Positions 13,417 to 26,787 are shown, counted from the first letter of the stretch. The stretch: DNA of 64,000 bases from Octopus bimaculoides (GCF_001194135.2 NC_068995.1:55023630-55087629), one strand, 5' to 3'. Program-made: numbers and translations. The notes: generated by a model not told the origin, from the sequence alone.

Positions 13417-13493
13417 AGGACCACTGTTGTAATGGTTAGCACATATAACATTCGTTAGAAGGTACAGGCTCGATTCCCGATAAGGTCCCACCA
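13417..13493 (+). pseudogene. Decayed tRNA-like sequence ending in CCA
   Basis: tRNA length. GGACC/GGTCC acceptor-stem remnant, A-box-like TGTAATGGTTAGCAC, B-box-like GGCTCGATTCCC, followed by ACCA. The anticodon arm is damaged, so identity is unassignable. Confidence 0.4.
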
Positions 13494-15039
13494 TTCGAAT
13501 ACCTTTCTTTAAAGGCGGTGAAATGACTGTAACATATATNNNNNNNNNNNNNNNNNNNNNNNNNNNNNNNNNNNNNNNNNNNNNNNNNNNNNNNNNNNNN
13601 NNNNNNNNNNNNNNNNNNNNNNNNNNNNNNNNNNNNNNNNNNNNNNNNNNNNNNNNNNNNNNNNNNNNNNNNNNNNNNNNNNNNNNNNNNNNNNNNNNNN
13701 NNNNNNNNNNNNNNNNNNNNNNNNNNNNNNNNNNNNNNNNNNNNNNNNNNNNNNNNNNNNNNNNNNNNNNNNNNNNNNNNNNNNNNNNNNNNNNNNNNNN
13801 NNNNNNNNNNNNNNNNNNNNNNNNNNNNNNNNNNNNNNNNNNNNNNNNNNNNNNNNNNNNNNNNNNNNNNNNNNNNNNNNNNNNNNNNNNNNNNNNNNNN
13901 NNNNNNNNNNNNNNNNNNNNNNNNNNNNNNNNNNNNNNNNNNNNNNNNNNNNNNNNNNNNNNNNNNNNNNNNNNNNNNNNNNNNNNNNNNNNNNNNNNNN
14001 NNNNNNNNNNNNNNNNNNNNNNNNNNNNNNNNNNNNNNNNNNNNNNNNNNNNNNNNNNNNNNNNNNNNNNTATATATATATATGTATACGTGTATGTATA
14101 TATGTATACATGTATGTATATATACAAACTCGATACGTTTCTAAGAATTGAATTATTACTGCGAATAGGAAGCTTAAAGGTAACGTTCCTATTTTATACA
14201 TACGTGTTTATTTATTGAATTGACCTATCAATATCACAAACAATATTCCGCTATTTCGTTCAGAATTAAATATTGGATATATCTCGATTGACGGGTCACT
14301 GTTTCATATAAAGTGGAACAGCGAATTGTATTGATAGCAGATTATATTTAAATCATTAATTTTATTGAATGATTTCCTGTGACAATAATTTAATACGTTC
14401 GTCGATCAATGACTTTATTTAGCTTTCGTATTGTTCTCGCATGACAATATAATAAAACTTGTATTCCTATATAAAATATGAACTATTTTCTATCGATTTT
14501 CATTTAAATATAAAAACATATATATAAGCTTATTAATTTATAATACAAACGTTAAATTGGTTATTTCAACGTCTTGAGCATAACAACAAAATTCAGATTT
14601 GGGCTAAATACTATAATTATGATAAAATACACGGTAGCTAACATTATTTTTGTTTAACGGTTCATACACATCGGCTACGTGAGTATAAATTTTAATCAAT
14701 ATTGTATGGTTGCGAGAATTTATATAATGAATTTCCTGTGACGTAGTTTTGTAGAACTCTCTTCACATCTGAGCAAGCAGAAAAAATACGTTAACATTTT
14801 GAAGAAATTCCACTACTAATTGCATCATTTGAAACGACGGATCTAAAGCTCATTCGAGTTTCAAGTTCTTAGATTTTCATAACTTTCTTAATTAATTTTG
14901 ATGATACGGATTTAACATGTAGATCTATATAGAATCTCAAATTAGTAATCCAATTTCAGGTTACAGGTATATCATTCAGAATACGATACAGCATATTTAT
15001 ATAATACATAAATTAAAATTTCTATTGTATCACAGTACT

Positions 15040-15145
15040 CAACTAGGCTAGATTTTATCGACTCCGAAAGAACAAAAGGCAAATTGAACATGAGCGGAAT
15101 TTCGTAAAGACGGTTAAAATGCGTCTTCCGATTCTGAAACGCATA
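15040..15145 (-). mobile_element. SINE family A fragment
   Basis: TTTTATCGACTCCGAAAG..AAAGGCAAA...GCGGAATTT...GTAAAGACGG. Confidence 0.65.
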
Positions 15146-15822
15146 CATATAATGCTCATATCAAGTAATATTGAAGTATATAACAATTAATATATGACGC
15201 TAAATGTATCAGGTGTATGTTAATCCTAGGCTCTGTTAACAGTTTCCTCGAGAAACCTCTGTAAATCGTATTGCAATTTCTCTTTATGTCATATTTTTTA
15301 ACAACATCTGAGGTTGGAGAATAATTTCTGTCTTTACCCGCTCCAGAAAACGATTATCAGCAATTACCTCTAACTGCTGAAATTGCCAAAGGCAAGTAAC
15401 TTGAAATTCAACTACAACATATTACATTTATATATAAGTGTGAAACGTATAATGCCTTCCCAGTCACGTTGCTGTTAGTGTCATGTCAACTATATGTTAC
15501 TATATACAAATGTTTCTACTGAATGCTATACGAAATGAACTTAGACAGTCACAGCTTTCGTTTGCTTTGTAACAGTGAGAATACCCACGGACGTTACAAT
15601 ATAGCATGCTTCACGTTTTATACCTTACGACTAAAGATTCAATAGATGTACATTCTTGTATTTGAAGCGGTGTATGTGGAAACATCTAATTGATATAATC
15701 GATATCATGTCACATGTAAATATATAAATTTCAATTTGGTACTATACAAATTTATTTCACAAACACACATACAAGCTGGCACGAGTGTGGAATGAATAAA
15801 TATAAGCTATTATTGATATTGT

Positions 15823-15932
15823 TTTCTTCTTTTTCTTCTTCTTCTTCTTCTTCTTCTTCTTCTTCTTCTTCTTCTTCTTCTTCTTCTTCTTCTTCTTCTT
15901 CTTCTTCTTCTTCTTCTTCTTCTTCTTCTTCT
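15823..15932. repeat. (CTT)n repeat running into a gap
   Basis: Read directly. Confidence 0.95.
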
Positions 15933-17430
15933 NNNNNNNNNNNNNNNNNNNNNNNNNNNNNNNNNNNNNNNNNNNNNNNNNNNNNNNNNNNNNNNNNNNN
16001 NNNNNNNNNNNNNNNNNNNNNNNNNNNNNNNNNNNNNNNNNNNNNNNNNNNNNNNNNNNNNNNNNNNNNNNNNNNNNNNNNNNNNNNNNNNNNNNNNNNN
16101 NNNNNNNNNNNNNNNNNNNNNNNNNNNNNNNNNNNNNNNNNNNNNNNNNNNNNNNNNNNNNNNNNNNNNNNNNNNNNNNNNNNNNNNNNNNNNNNNNNNN
16201 NNNNNNNNNNNNNNNNNNNNNNNNNNNNNNNNNNNNNNNNNNNNNNNNNNNNNNNNNNNNNNNNNNNNNNNNNNNNNNNNNNNNNNNNNNNNNNNNNNNN
16301 TATATATATATATATATATATATATGGGGAGAGAGAGAGACGGATATATATGTATACAAATATATATAAATACGTGTGTGTACAAATTTGAACCGTAGGT
16401 GTGGGTGTAAGAACTCTAGATGGTCGATAGTGTGGACACACATAAAACATTTCAGTCATCGTCAAGCGTTTCATAATTAAACCTAACGACTATTGGCATC
16501 AGTGGTTATGGAGTAAATTTGACTTTACATTATGGTTACATCAACAGTCCAGTGTTATAATGTTAGTGTATACTTGTATGTGCAAATGTTACTGCAGAGA
16601 CATAGAATAAAATTGAAGAACATACTTACACTCATAAATGATGGTATGTCGGTAAGCAATAAAATATTTATCGACTACACACTGAATATCTAATTTTAAT
16701 TATTATTTGCTGTATCACTATAGATCCGTCATTACGTGGCTAGGTGAACGATATTAATGATGCGAATGTAAATCCCAAGCAATGTCGGCCGTGTGCATCC
16801 ATAAGCTAATAATACAACGACTGCCTATATATGTAGTGATATGTGTGCATGATATGAAGCGTTTGAAAAGAGTGTTTGCTTTATTCATGGGGTACTTTCT
16901 CTCTCGCACTCTTTCTTTCAGCGTGTATATGCGTACGTTTATATTTACACACATGTATTCAAAGATTCATGAGCATTTTGTAAAATCAGTTAATTTAATA
17001 GGTATCACTTGGATAATCTTCTCCATTGTATCATAATCTCTACTGGTGTTATAGGCGTAAATACTCAATTATTGATATAGACGTTTGCCAAATGCAATGT
17101 AATTAATTTGTCAACGTTATATGACAGATTGTATCACTGAATAGTCAAATTTCTTCCGTTTGGCTAGGGAAAATGCTATCGTCATAATGCAATTTCTGTG
17201 ATATATTTATGAAGAACTGAAGTGACCATAACACTATAGAATAAATAAAGAATTACCTTAATATCTAAGTTTCCCAGCAACAATCCTCTTCCGCATATTA
17301 CTTCGTGTGCAAAAATATAAAGTAAAGTATTCGTAGATACACATACGTACGTCAGTTATTGATGATGACGCCTTCTCATTCGATCTGTTTTGTTTAAAAG
17401 AAAAATCCTTCTCAACAAAATAGATAATGA

Positions 17431-18012
17431 TTGGAATCACCTCGCCCAGATCAACCACGGACCTCTGACGGGACCTTTCTCATTGTTAAGAGAAGTGTGG
17501 AGGATAATCCTTGTTGCAAGGCCTCTGACATAGCAGAACCAGTTGATGTGAGTCTCAGAACAGCTGTCAGGTATCTCAGCAAACTTCGTTTCTATGGCAG
17601 AGCAGTAAGAAGGAAGCCAATCCTTTGAGCGGCCAACATCAAGCAGAGAAAGGATTCGATCAGTGACATGGTGGACAGGCCGCTAGCATTTTGGGACACT
17701 GCCATATTCTGCCATGAGTCCAGATTTGCTGTATTTCCTGACAGTTGTCGAGTGTAGGTCTGGACACCCTGTGATCAAGAATTTGATGTGAAAAGTTTGC
17801 AACAATCAATGAAACACGGCAGGTATTCTGCAATGGTCTGTGGAGAAATTTGGAGCAATGGTTGATCAGAACTGGTGGAGTGTGAGAGAAACTTAAACTG
17901 ATATAAACATGAGTCTATATTGCAGAAGGGACTCTTTCCAATCTTCTCCGTTGGTGAAATGATTAAAGTGGCTTTCTTTATGGAAGATGGCGTTCCTTCT
18001 CACACGATTAAA
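17431..18012 (+). mobile_element. Tc1-family transposase remnant (pseudogene)
   Basis: One frame, about 194 codons, 4 stops: KRSVEDNP...VSLRTAVRYL..FYGRAVRRKPIL*...FWDTAIFCHESRF (FSDES-like, first Asp to His)...MKHGRYSAMVCGEIW...FFMEDGVPSHT (second Asp motif). The third catalytic residue and TIRs are not seen. Confidence 0.9.
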
Positions 18013-19725
18013 TGTTCACATTTTAACAATTAATAGATAATTTGAATGTATAATTTTAGTTTTAAATAAATGTCAATGATTATAAGCGTTCCTATTTACT
18101 TCTGTCATGTCTGTATATATNNNNNNNNNNNNNNNNNNNNNNNNNNNNNNNNNNNNNNNNNNNNNNNNNNNNNNNNNNNNNNNNNATATATGCGTGTGTG
18201 TGTGTCCATCCGTTTCTGTATGTGTATACGTGTAGATATGTGTGATTTTTTTTATTGCCCACAAGGGGCCAACACAAGGAGCCATAGACACATATGTATA
18301 CATGCGTTTGTACACGCGCGTATGTGTGTGTGTATGTGTGCGTTCCTGCATCACACCTTCAAAGCGAGGTTTGTTCGTGTGCTGGTAACTTAGTTGTTGG
18401 CTCAACATTTCCGATGAAATATACGTTAAGATGCTTCCCCACCATGGCTGCCGATCTCTGGTTGAAACAAGTTAAAGATACATGATAAGGAAATACTATT
18501 TTTGATACTGAAATGCGTCTCTATTTCACGTCAAGATTACAAACTTCTTCAAGTTTCGTTTCCCATAGTAGATGTCAAAAATAGATACTACTTTCTCATT
18601 ATCGTTTTCCAGTGTCGGATAAATAATGGATTACAAGCTATTTATGGTTTGCACATAACTCAGATAATGGAGGGATAGATATTTTCGAAAGCCGACAGAA
18701 CGAATAAATCCAATCATGAAGATATTCGTCACAAAAATTACATTATAATCTGAAATTCTTGACTTTAAGATCAAGAGATATTTTAAAATAGAACGGAGCG
18801 TATTTAAATTTAAAACTATTTACTTTCGTAAATGGAGAGTCTCTAATTCTCATATATGGAGAGATATTTAGTGGAATGTTGCCACAAAATTGCGATTAAA
18901 TGTACAACAGGTGAACCAATACACACACCTATGTAATACCTTTGGCTTACCTTACAATTTCTGGCGTATATCTAGAAAGTTATTTCATTGTTTTAATCTG
19001 TACAAGCAAATTTCATTGATTTTATCACTAACATTCCAGAAATATTTTCACGTTTATGCTTAGAGAAATAAATGGCAGTTAACTGGATATGTGTATAAAA
19101 GTGAACTTGTATCGTTGCAAATGCATGGACTTACATTGCGTCCGTTTTAAAGAAGACTTACAGTATATCTATGAATTACAGTCATATATAGAAATTCTTT
19201 CATAACTATGCACTTATATAAAATATCACACAATTGGTCGCCGTCTCAACTGATGTCCAGATAGAAAGAATTTAAATATTCTTCCAGATTTATGCACTCA
19301 GTGTTCAAATCAATTTTGCCTTTAAACTTCGCGCCTTCGAGAATGTAAAGAAGCAAACCTGGACGGTGGTTCTGATGGAATATCACAATCACATTAAATA
19401 TTTTGCATCTCATCCCGCTACAATTATGCGAAATACTAACCTTTCGGAAAATGATAAAGAACGTGATAGCTGTGGCAAATCGTTAAACAGTACATATTAC
19501 GGCTGGCTGCTCAGATTACGAGCGCGAAAATTGGCTTCAGAGAATGTACAACTACAGAAAACGAACGCAACTTCGAATATATAGTAATTACAGATAAAAG
19601 ATATTTCTTAGTCATATCTGCCTCCGATAATCCATGTCTTGTGTCTTAATAATCTATATAATGTAATGCCATCTAAGAAAATTGTACGTGCATGAACTAG
19701 AGTGGATTGTGGGACACCATTCAGG

Positions 19726-19843
19726 AGAAGGCTGATGTTATACTGAGAAGACTGATGTTATACTGAGAAGACTGATGTTATACTGAGAAGACTGATGTTA
19801 TACTGAGAAGACTGATGTTATACTGAGATGACTGATGTTATAC
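19726..19843. repeat. 20-bp minisatellite, about 5.9 copies (ACTGATGTTATACTGAGAAG)
   Basis: Read directly; contiguous units with no spacers. Confidence 0.95.
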
Positions 19844-20074
19844 ACATCAGGAGTTGCATGCAAAGTGCGTTTTGCATCAAGGAGATCTCAAACGATGTCG
19901 TAAATAGACGTGCAGTATTATGGGAACGCATTGCACATTATACATGGTTATGACATCAGACATCGTTTAACTAATGATGCAGTTGTTTAAATAAACTTCC
20001 AGGCTAATATATTCCATACGCCTATAATTGACTATTATTTTTTTCTCTTCTCATCTATATTTAATTTTATGTCT

Positions 20075-20109
<35 letters not shown>

Positions 20110-20204
20110 GTCTGTATGTCTGTCTGTCTAATCTATCTATGTCGTTCTGCTGTCTCTTTCTGCTTCACTCTGACCTATTTCTCTCTCTCTAACTCGCGAT
20201 CTCG

Positions 20205-20240
<36 letters not shown>

Positions 20241-20340
20241 TCACATATATATATATACATATACATATATTACGGGGAGCACGCTATTCAATTCTTCATA
20301 GAGTAATAGAATTGCGAATTACCGAGCAACAGTGTCTTAC

Positions 20341-20459
20341 CTTCATCGATGATGTCCACAACGAAAATAGCTTACAGGCAATCTCTCTATTCTGCGAGAT
20401 GCTCCCCAGCGAATAGGCGAGTGGTGTATATATGGGGAGATAATAGTAAAGACACACCC
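20341..20459 (-). CDS. Candidate internal exon of an unrecognised gene (119 nt)
   Basis: atgtttgtag acceptor and AAG|gtaaga donor; open in the phase 1-to-0 frame (VCLYYYLPIYTPLAYSLGSISQNREIACKLFSLWTSSMK). No homology recognised. Confidence 0.25.
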
Positions 20460-21008
20460 CTACAAACATATACATATACACTTAAGATGAAAGCAACGTC
20501 ATCTTACTTAGAACCTCCTTTAGAAATTATGTAAAAACTATTTTAGCCAACTTCGTGTCATCATGACTAAATGACGTTTATGCATCTTTGGGAGTGAAAC
20601 GGGTTCGACGGAGAAAATAGACAAATATCCATGCTTTGAATTGTTCGTGCATGCGATTTAGATATAGAACCTTGTCATATGTTCTAACACTTCATTCCGC
20701 TTGCGTACTGCGCTAAGGATTAACGTGTAATGTTCAGTGAGTCAGGCGTTAATTGAACGAGTAGTCAATGCTCGTCGTTGAAATAGTGACGGGGTCCATC
20801 ACAAATACATACACACACACACGCTCACACACATATATACGTATGCATACACATGTATATGTGTGTGTATGTTTGTGTGTGTGTATGTAAGTTTGTGTGT
20901 CTTTATTAACATGGCGGTGTTATAGAAAGAGCGAATCAGCATGTTATAGTACGTGATTGCATCATTCATAGAAGTCACTTTCAGTTCATATTCTAATGTA
21001 TAACTCAC

Positions 21009-21054
21009 CTGCAACAATTTGTATTGGAATATTAATCACACGTTTTTCACATAG
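21009..21054 (-). CDS. Candidate exon (46 nt)
   Basis: Strong CAG|gtgagt donor but weak acceptor; LCEKRVINIPIQIVA links in phase to the flanking candidates. Confidence 0.15.
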
Positions 21055-22085
21055 CTATCTCTAATATGCAGCCAACATGGAGCCAAAACTTAATGAACAG
21101 AGTAAATGATGATTGATTGAAATATTCACGTAGTCTGTGTTAAGCCTAAGACCTTCTTCTAATCTCGTTGGCAGTCATTTTAATGAATATTCATTATTGT
21201 AATCTATTCATTTTAAAAAATTTCCATCAACCCTTCTGATCGGATGCATATTGAAATTTTCAATTCAACCAATCTCATTACAGTGAATGGTATTAAACTT
21301 AGATCAATGCGTTAATGTTGCCGCCACAATTATAATCATATTTCCTACTTTTCATATAATTACTATATATATTTTATTTCAAATACGGCTATTAAATTTT
21401 AAGGCGTGTATAATTTTTCAATGATGATTTATATAGTTTTTATGAGCGAAGTGATGAGCTGATAATGGAATCATAGAAATCGATGTTGTATGATCTCAAT
21501 TTTTAATGAATATAACAGTCATTTGTCATGAAGTAGATGGTATGAACGATGTTTAATCCCTTTTTTGAAGATTGAATAAACTTTATTCGGAATTGACTCT
21601 GCGATTGATGATATAGTTTTATGATATCTTGCATGATTTCGTAACTTGACCAGTCGTAACGTCATACGTCAAAAGAAATTTTCTACAATCGATAAGTATG
21701 TAACTCTGGGCCTTTTACAATTGACTATACTAGCAGTCTGCGCAGAAATGGCTAACATTTACCCTGTTGAAAATGATACTATACGTTACGTATATTATAT
21801 ATATATATATATATATATNNNNNNNNNNNNNNNNNNNNNNNNNNNNNNNNNNNNNNNNNNNNNNNNNNNNNNNNNNNNNNNNNNNNNNNNNNNNNNNNNN
21901 NNNNNNNNNNNNNNNNNNNNNNNNNNNNNNNNNNNNNNNNNNNNNNNNNNNNNNNNNNNNNNNNNNNNNNNNNNNNNNNNNNNNNNNNNNNNNNNNNNNN
22001 NNNNNNNNNNNNNNNNNNNNNNNNNNNNNNNNNNNNNNNNNNNNNNNNNNNNNNNNNNNNNNNNNNNNNNNNNNNNNNNNNNNNN

Positions 22086-22116
<31 letters not shown>

Positions 22117-23086
22117 CAGTACTCCAGCATGGTCGCAGTCAAATGGCTGAAACAAGGAAACGAATAAAAGTAGAAAAGAATATATAGATATATATGAATA
22201 CCCATACACACGTATACATATGGATGTATGCGGGTTCTTATCTCTATTAGAATTATTTTCTATATTTGTGCTATCTCTGATAATTACGAACTTCAGATTC
22301 GTTCTGGTAGAGGAACTTATCTAAATGTTTTATACATTTCCATCGCTTCTAATTTCACTGAAATTCACTTACAAAATTACTCTACGTGTGGTGGAAAATA
22401 ATTTGCACTGACATTTCTGTATCGACCATATTTCTTTTATTTCTTTTTCCATTAATCGATAATGTACCGATTGATGTTTCTCTGTAATTAAAGTGACTTG
22501 TGTATCTCTAAACCCTGACTAACAGAGAGTGACTTTAATTCTGTCCTTTAAGAGGACATCGAGAAACCTCCAGTTTATTTGGTAAATCACTATCCTTCTC
22601 AGGAAGTAGTCGTTTATTTAATATTTGTTTTAGACATCCAATTTCTTTTATAGTTTTGTTGCACTGTTAGTAAATTTGTAGATGTAATGATCTAGACACA
22701 ATACGTCGTAGTTTTGGACACATGACAACATAACATCATGATATGTAAATCAATATTAATAATTTTCGTATACAGCAGGAAGCCTATATTGGAATAAATC
22801 TGTTCGGAATCTTTATATCTACTACTTTACGTGTGTCATGTTGACGCTTAAAAGAGGCCTTAATCAAATGGCCCTAGACATATCACAAATGCTGAAGTTG
22901 ACTGGAGACGATTTCTATGATGGTATAATCCTCTATTATTTAAATAGGTTTATACTCTCATCTTCATTATTTTTCTATCGTTGGCTAACGTGGGAAGTCT
23001 TAAGTATATATATATTGTTGATGTATAAACTCAATATGTGAAGGTAGAAGATAAATTAATCTTTAAAAAATATATATATTACATAC

Positions 23087-23200
23087 CTTCACAATTTGAT
23101 AGAATCTTTGTTTTGCCCTGAAAAAAATAATGGTGGTGAACGGATTGAATGGAATGAGATGTGGGCACTCCTTCCCAAAACCATTTGGGTAACGTGGAAC
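23087..23200 (-). CDS. Candidate internal exon (114 nt)
   Basis: (CT)n-CAG acceptor and AAG|gtatgt donor; open in two frames (VPRYPNGFGKECPHLIPFNPFTTIIFFRAKQRFYQIVK, or STLPKWFWEGVPTSHSIQSVHHHYFFQGKTKILSNCE). Confidence 0.3.
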
Positions 23201-23201
<1 letters not shown>

Positions 23202-23249
<48 letters not shown>

Positions 23250-23250
23250 A
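23202..23250. repeat. (GA)n microsatellite
   Basis: Read directly. Confidence 0.95.
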
Positions 23251-24438
23251 CAGACAGACAGAGCGCGCGCGCGTGTGAGAGAGACCACAATATTTACACA
23301 GGCCATTCTTTATGAAACTTGATAAGAAGACCAAACAAGGCCTAAGCAAGGTTTCAACTCAGTGCGTATGGAGCCGCAACACGTTCCACAATGCATTCTA
23401 TTTGATGATCCAATAATTCTGCCGATTCCTCTATTTAAATATACTTAAGTCCTGAAAACAAAATATGGTAACTTATAGTACGTCTTTCAGTGATGAATAT
23501 TTGTATATTCGATTCCATAAATATATTTAGGCAACTTTTAAAATCAAAGATGAATACAGGGTCGGTGTACTGGTAAAAGTCAAAGTTGTAGTTAGAGCAA
23601 CGGACTGAAAGGATACCACGTATGTATTTCAGTATTTGAATGCATATCCTTATTATGATACGGTGTAAGCTTTTAGTATTATGATATCTCTCAAAGACTA
23701 TGCTCTTTCCTACCAAGAATGTGAACTAGTGATTTTTCTCAATATCAGGCGTCCATATAAAGCACGATGTTTACTGCTTCAAGAGCACGAATAATCAACT
23801 GAAGGGGTTATTCTTTTTTTTAATAAGCTTCCGTTGACCACGGCATATATCATATACCTAAACTATAGAGAATCAGCCGGATACACAAAAATGCACAGAC
23901 ACACAAGCATACATACACACACACACTTATGTACGCAAACACACACACACACGCACATTCATGTCTGTCTACGTCTGATGAATATAGACCAAAGGAATTG
24001 TGTGCATTTGTGCGAAACAGAGAGACGGGGAGAAGGAGAGATAGACAAAAATGCACAAGCAGCGATAGTCAGAGAGATAGGGATAGGGAGAATGCCTTTC
24101 GTGTACGTGAGTGTGTACGGACGCATGTGTGTGTGAGTGTGTGAGTCTGTGCATGTGTGCGTGTGTGTATTTACATCTCGAGAAGAGGATATAAATAGAA
24201 AAAGCAAAAATTCTTCAAAGAAACCTTTTTGTGATACATGTTCTGCGTCGAATTACAACTAATCCAACCTTAATACCTCGGATATACTTGCTACCATTTT
24301 GAATTTGATTACGTTTACTTATTATACATTAATTGCATTATGAACCTTTTGTAAATAAAACTGCAACCGCTTTCTTAGTTTATTTGCAACTTTCTTCTTG
24401 CAGGGGGAGCAAGTTTCTTGTCTATAACAATTACTTAC

Positions 24439-24501
24439 CTGAAAATTATGTTGTTTAGCAAAGTTTCCTTTATTTTCAGTCTCGTTTCTCATCAACGCCA
24501 T
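24439..24501 (-). CDS. Candidate first coding segment
   Basis: ATG at 24501 in an AGGATGG context; MALMRNETENKGNFAKQHNFQ; CAG|gtaagt donor. Confidence 0.2.
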
Positions 24502-26439
24502 CCTAGTTATTAATATAATCCTAATATATTTTCCCTTCAACTATTGAAATATATAATTTCATGCAGGATTTGCAATACCACTGTCGTTTAATTAACATTA
24601 ATCTAAATCTGTTTCGGGCTATGTGGTTCTAAGTCGACAACTAATTCCCAATTTATTCAAAGTGTGCGTGCGTTTTCATTAGTTAATGAAATTTGTTCAT
24701 TAGTTTCTCTTGCGTTTCTAAATTGACTGTCTAATAATTCGCTTACATTCAGTTTGATGCTATGCGTATAAGTAATAAAGGATAACGGTCACATGAAAGT
24801 TTTCTCCAATTGTGCCGTGCGCGCTTTGAGTGACAAAATGTTTATGCTCTCCACACATGTTCCATAAATTACGCATTATCATCCAAAACCATAACTAACA
24901 AGAACACCACAAATGAAGCAAATAAATGTGAATTTGCTTCTTAGAGACATTCAAAGAAATGTATCTTCGAATTGTTCTGGATTATTTCTTGTATAACCAA
25001 ATACGTCATATTCAACTCGTCATAATCCTCTCCTTGTCGATTATATATAGTTCTACCTATTGAAGACTACTTGTTCGTTCATGGCGGTGTGGAATAAGGT
25101 CGACATTAACTGGGTTAATATCGGACGAGCAATTCATATTAAAGGGCAAAAAATTAATTGCTCCTTTCGCTTCACAGATTTACATAGGTCATGGATACTC
25201 GTAGAGATAATATGCCATTCGTTGTGCGAGAGAGATATTCTGGTGGATTACAGTTTTCAGATTACAGACCCCGCTTTTGATACGCTGACATCTGTAACGG
25301 AGATAAAAAGCACTTCAATGGCAGACAATATTTAGGAGAATCACCAAAGAATATGCGCAATATTTTTTTTGATATGATAACCTAGCAGTACTTGTCATCA
25401 CTCAGCGTTCTGCTTCGTCAAAGTACATAAGGTTGATTTTCCTGATAAAAAGAAATATAGGAAAGTCTAAGATATAGTATCAACGAAAATAGAAGAACCT
25501 TGAAGTTGCTTTCAATCTCTGCTGTATATGGCTTTGTTACAAAGGTGCTGTAACATACGTGGACAGCCTCTTTACTGAATCTCATTTCTGGAGGCCAAGC
25601 ATTGTACGTGAATGCATATTTGTGGGTATCTCTGCACACACGCATGCACACACACATGCACAAACACGCGCGCTCACTTTCACACACACGGACACAGACG
25701 ATTTTACATATACATACATACTGAAAGAGAGGGAAGAGACAAATAGATTCAATTAAATAGATGGCTAGATACATGCAGACGCACATACGCTCACACGCAT
25801 ACATAGACACAGACTAGTGTGTCTGTGTGTGTGTGTTTGTATAGATATAACAGAAGAGACACGTAGTCAGATAGAGACAAAGACTCAGAGAGTGAATGGG
25901 AAGAGCAGGGATGTTCTCCAAAGTGAAAACACCGCAGAAATTATTTACAACATAAAACCATAATATAGGGTATAATTTTAAGATAATCTATTTTGTGAAG
26001 TCTTGGCAAGGCTAGAGTCTGATGTGGATATTGATTGAGGAGTAAATATCAATAGACGTGATTACGTTTAGATTTTCTTTTACTTTTAGCTGAGAATTTC
26101 GTGAATTCCTTGGCAGGAATTTGATACTACAAATAATATCGCCGAGACAATTATCAAGGGAAAAAAGTAGGTGCTACCATTTATTTACCCAAAATATCTG
26201 AGATTATCGTTGGTTACGCTGAAAACCTTCGTTTGATTCTAGAATTTCTAATTTCATTCCGGTTGATATAAATGAGATATTAATGCAACAAAGGATATTG
26301 ATATGCTTGGAAAAATTGCAGCTGATAAAATTTAGCAAACAATACAAAATTAGATCAGAAGAAAGTTTAGTGTATAATTTCAGTACTCTTTATCAGTTAT
26401 GATATATGGTATCGGTGACGTGGAAGATGATAATAGTAA

Positions 26440-26726
26440 TCATTCTATTAGATGGTGTTGGTGATGTTATTACCATATTAGTGGCGATGGCGATCGTAGC
26501 GCTGGTGATGATGATAATGATGTTGAGAGGGAGAGGGATTTAAAGGTAGAGTTGGAGGTGGAGGTGAAGGGGGAGATAGAGGGGGAGTGAAGGGGAATCA
26601 GAAGGTGGAGGGGAAGAAGGATGAGGAATCGTACCGGTGAATTGACTGTGGTGCTGGCAATACTGGCTGGTCGCAGTATTCGTGCGTGTGGTTAGTGATG
26701 GAAAACTCATTGGTGCCGATGACCAC

Positions 26727-26784
<58 letters not shown>
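26440..26784. repeat. Purine-rich low-complexity tract (GAT/GGA-derived) followed by (AAT)n at 26727-26784
   Basis: Read directly. Confidence 0.85.

Positions 26785-26787
<3 letters not shown>

Noticed and set aside
14753-14806. Homeodomain helix-1-like RTLFTSEQAEKIR*HFEE
   Set aside because: There is an in-frame stop and no helix 2/3 (WF.NRR) follows; likely chance.
19726-19843. CRISPR-like array
   Set aside because: Units are contiguous with no unique spacers, the genome is eukaryotic, and there are no cas genes.
20341-21054. SUR/ABCC-like IPIQIVAGVCLYYYL created by joining two candidate exons
   Set aside because: The downstream residues are not the hydrophobic helix expected, and no other ABC exons are seen.
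23087-23200. Hemopexin-like WEGVP...YFFQG in the alternative frame
   Set aside because: Spacing is too short, the IDAA and YW motifs are absent, and no further repeats were found.
25040-25335. LFVHGG (phosphoesterase-like) and VWNKVD (GTPase G4-like) motifs
   Set aside because: Isolated short matches in different frames without companion motifs.
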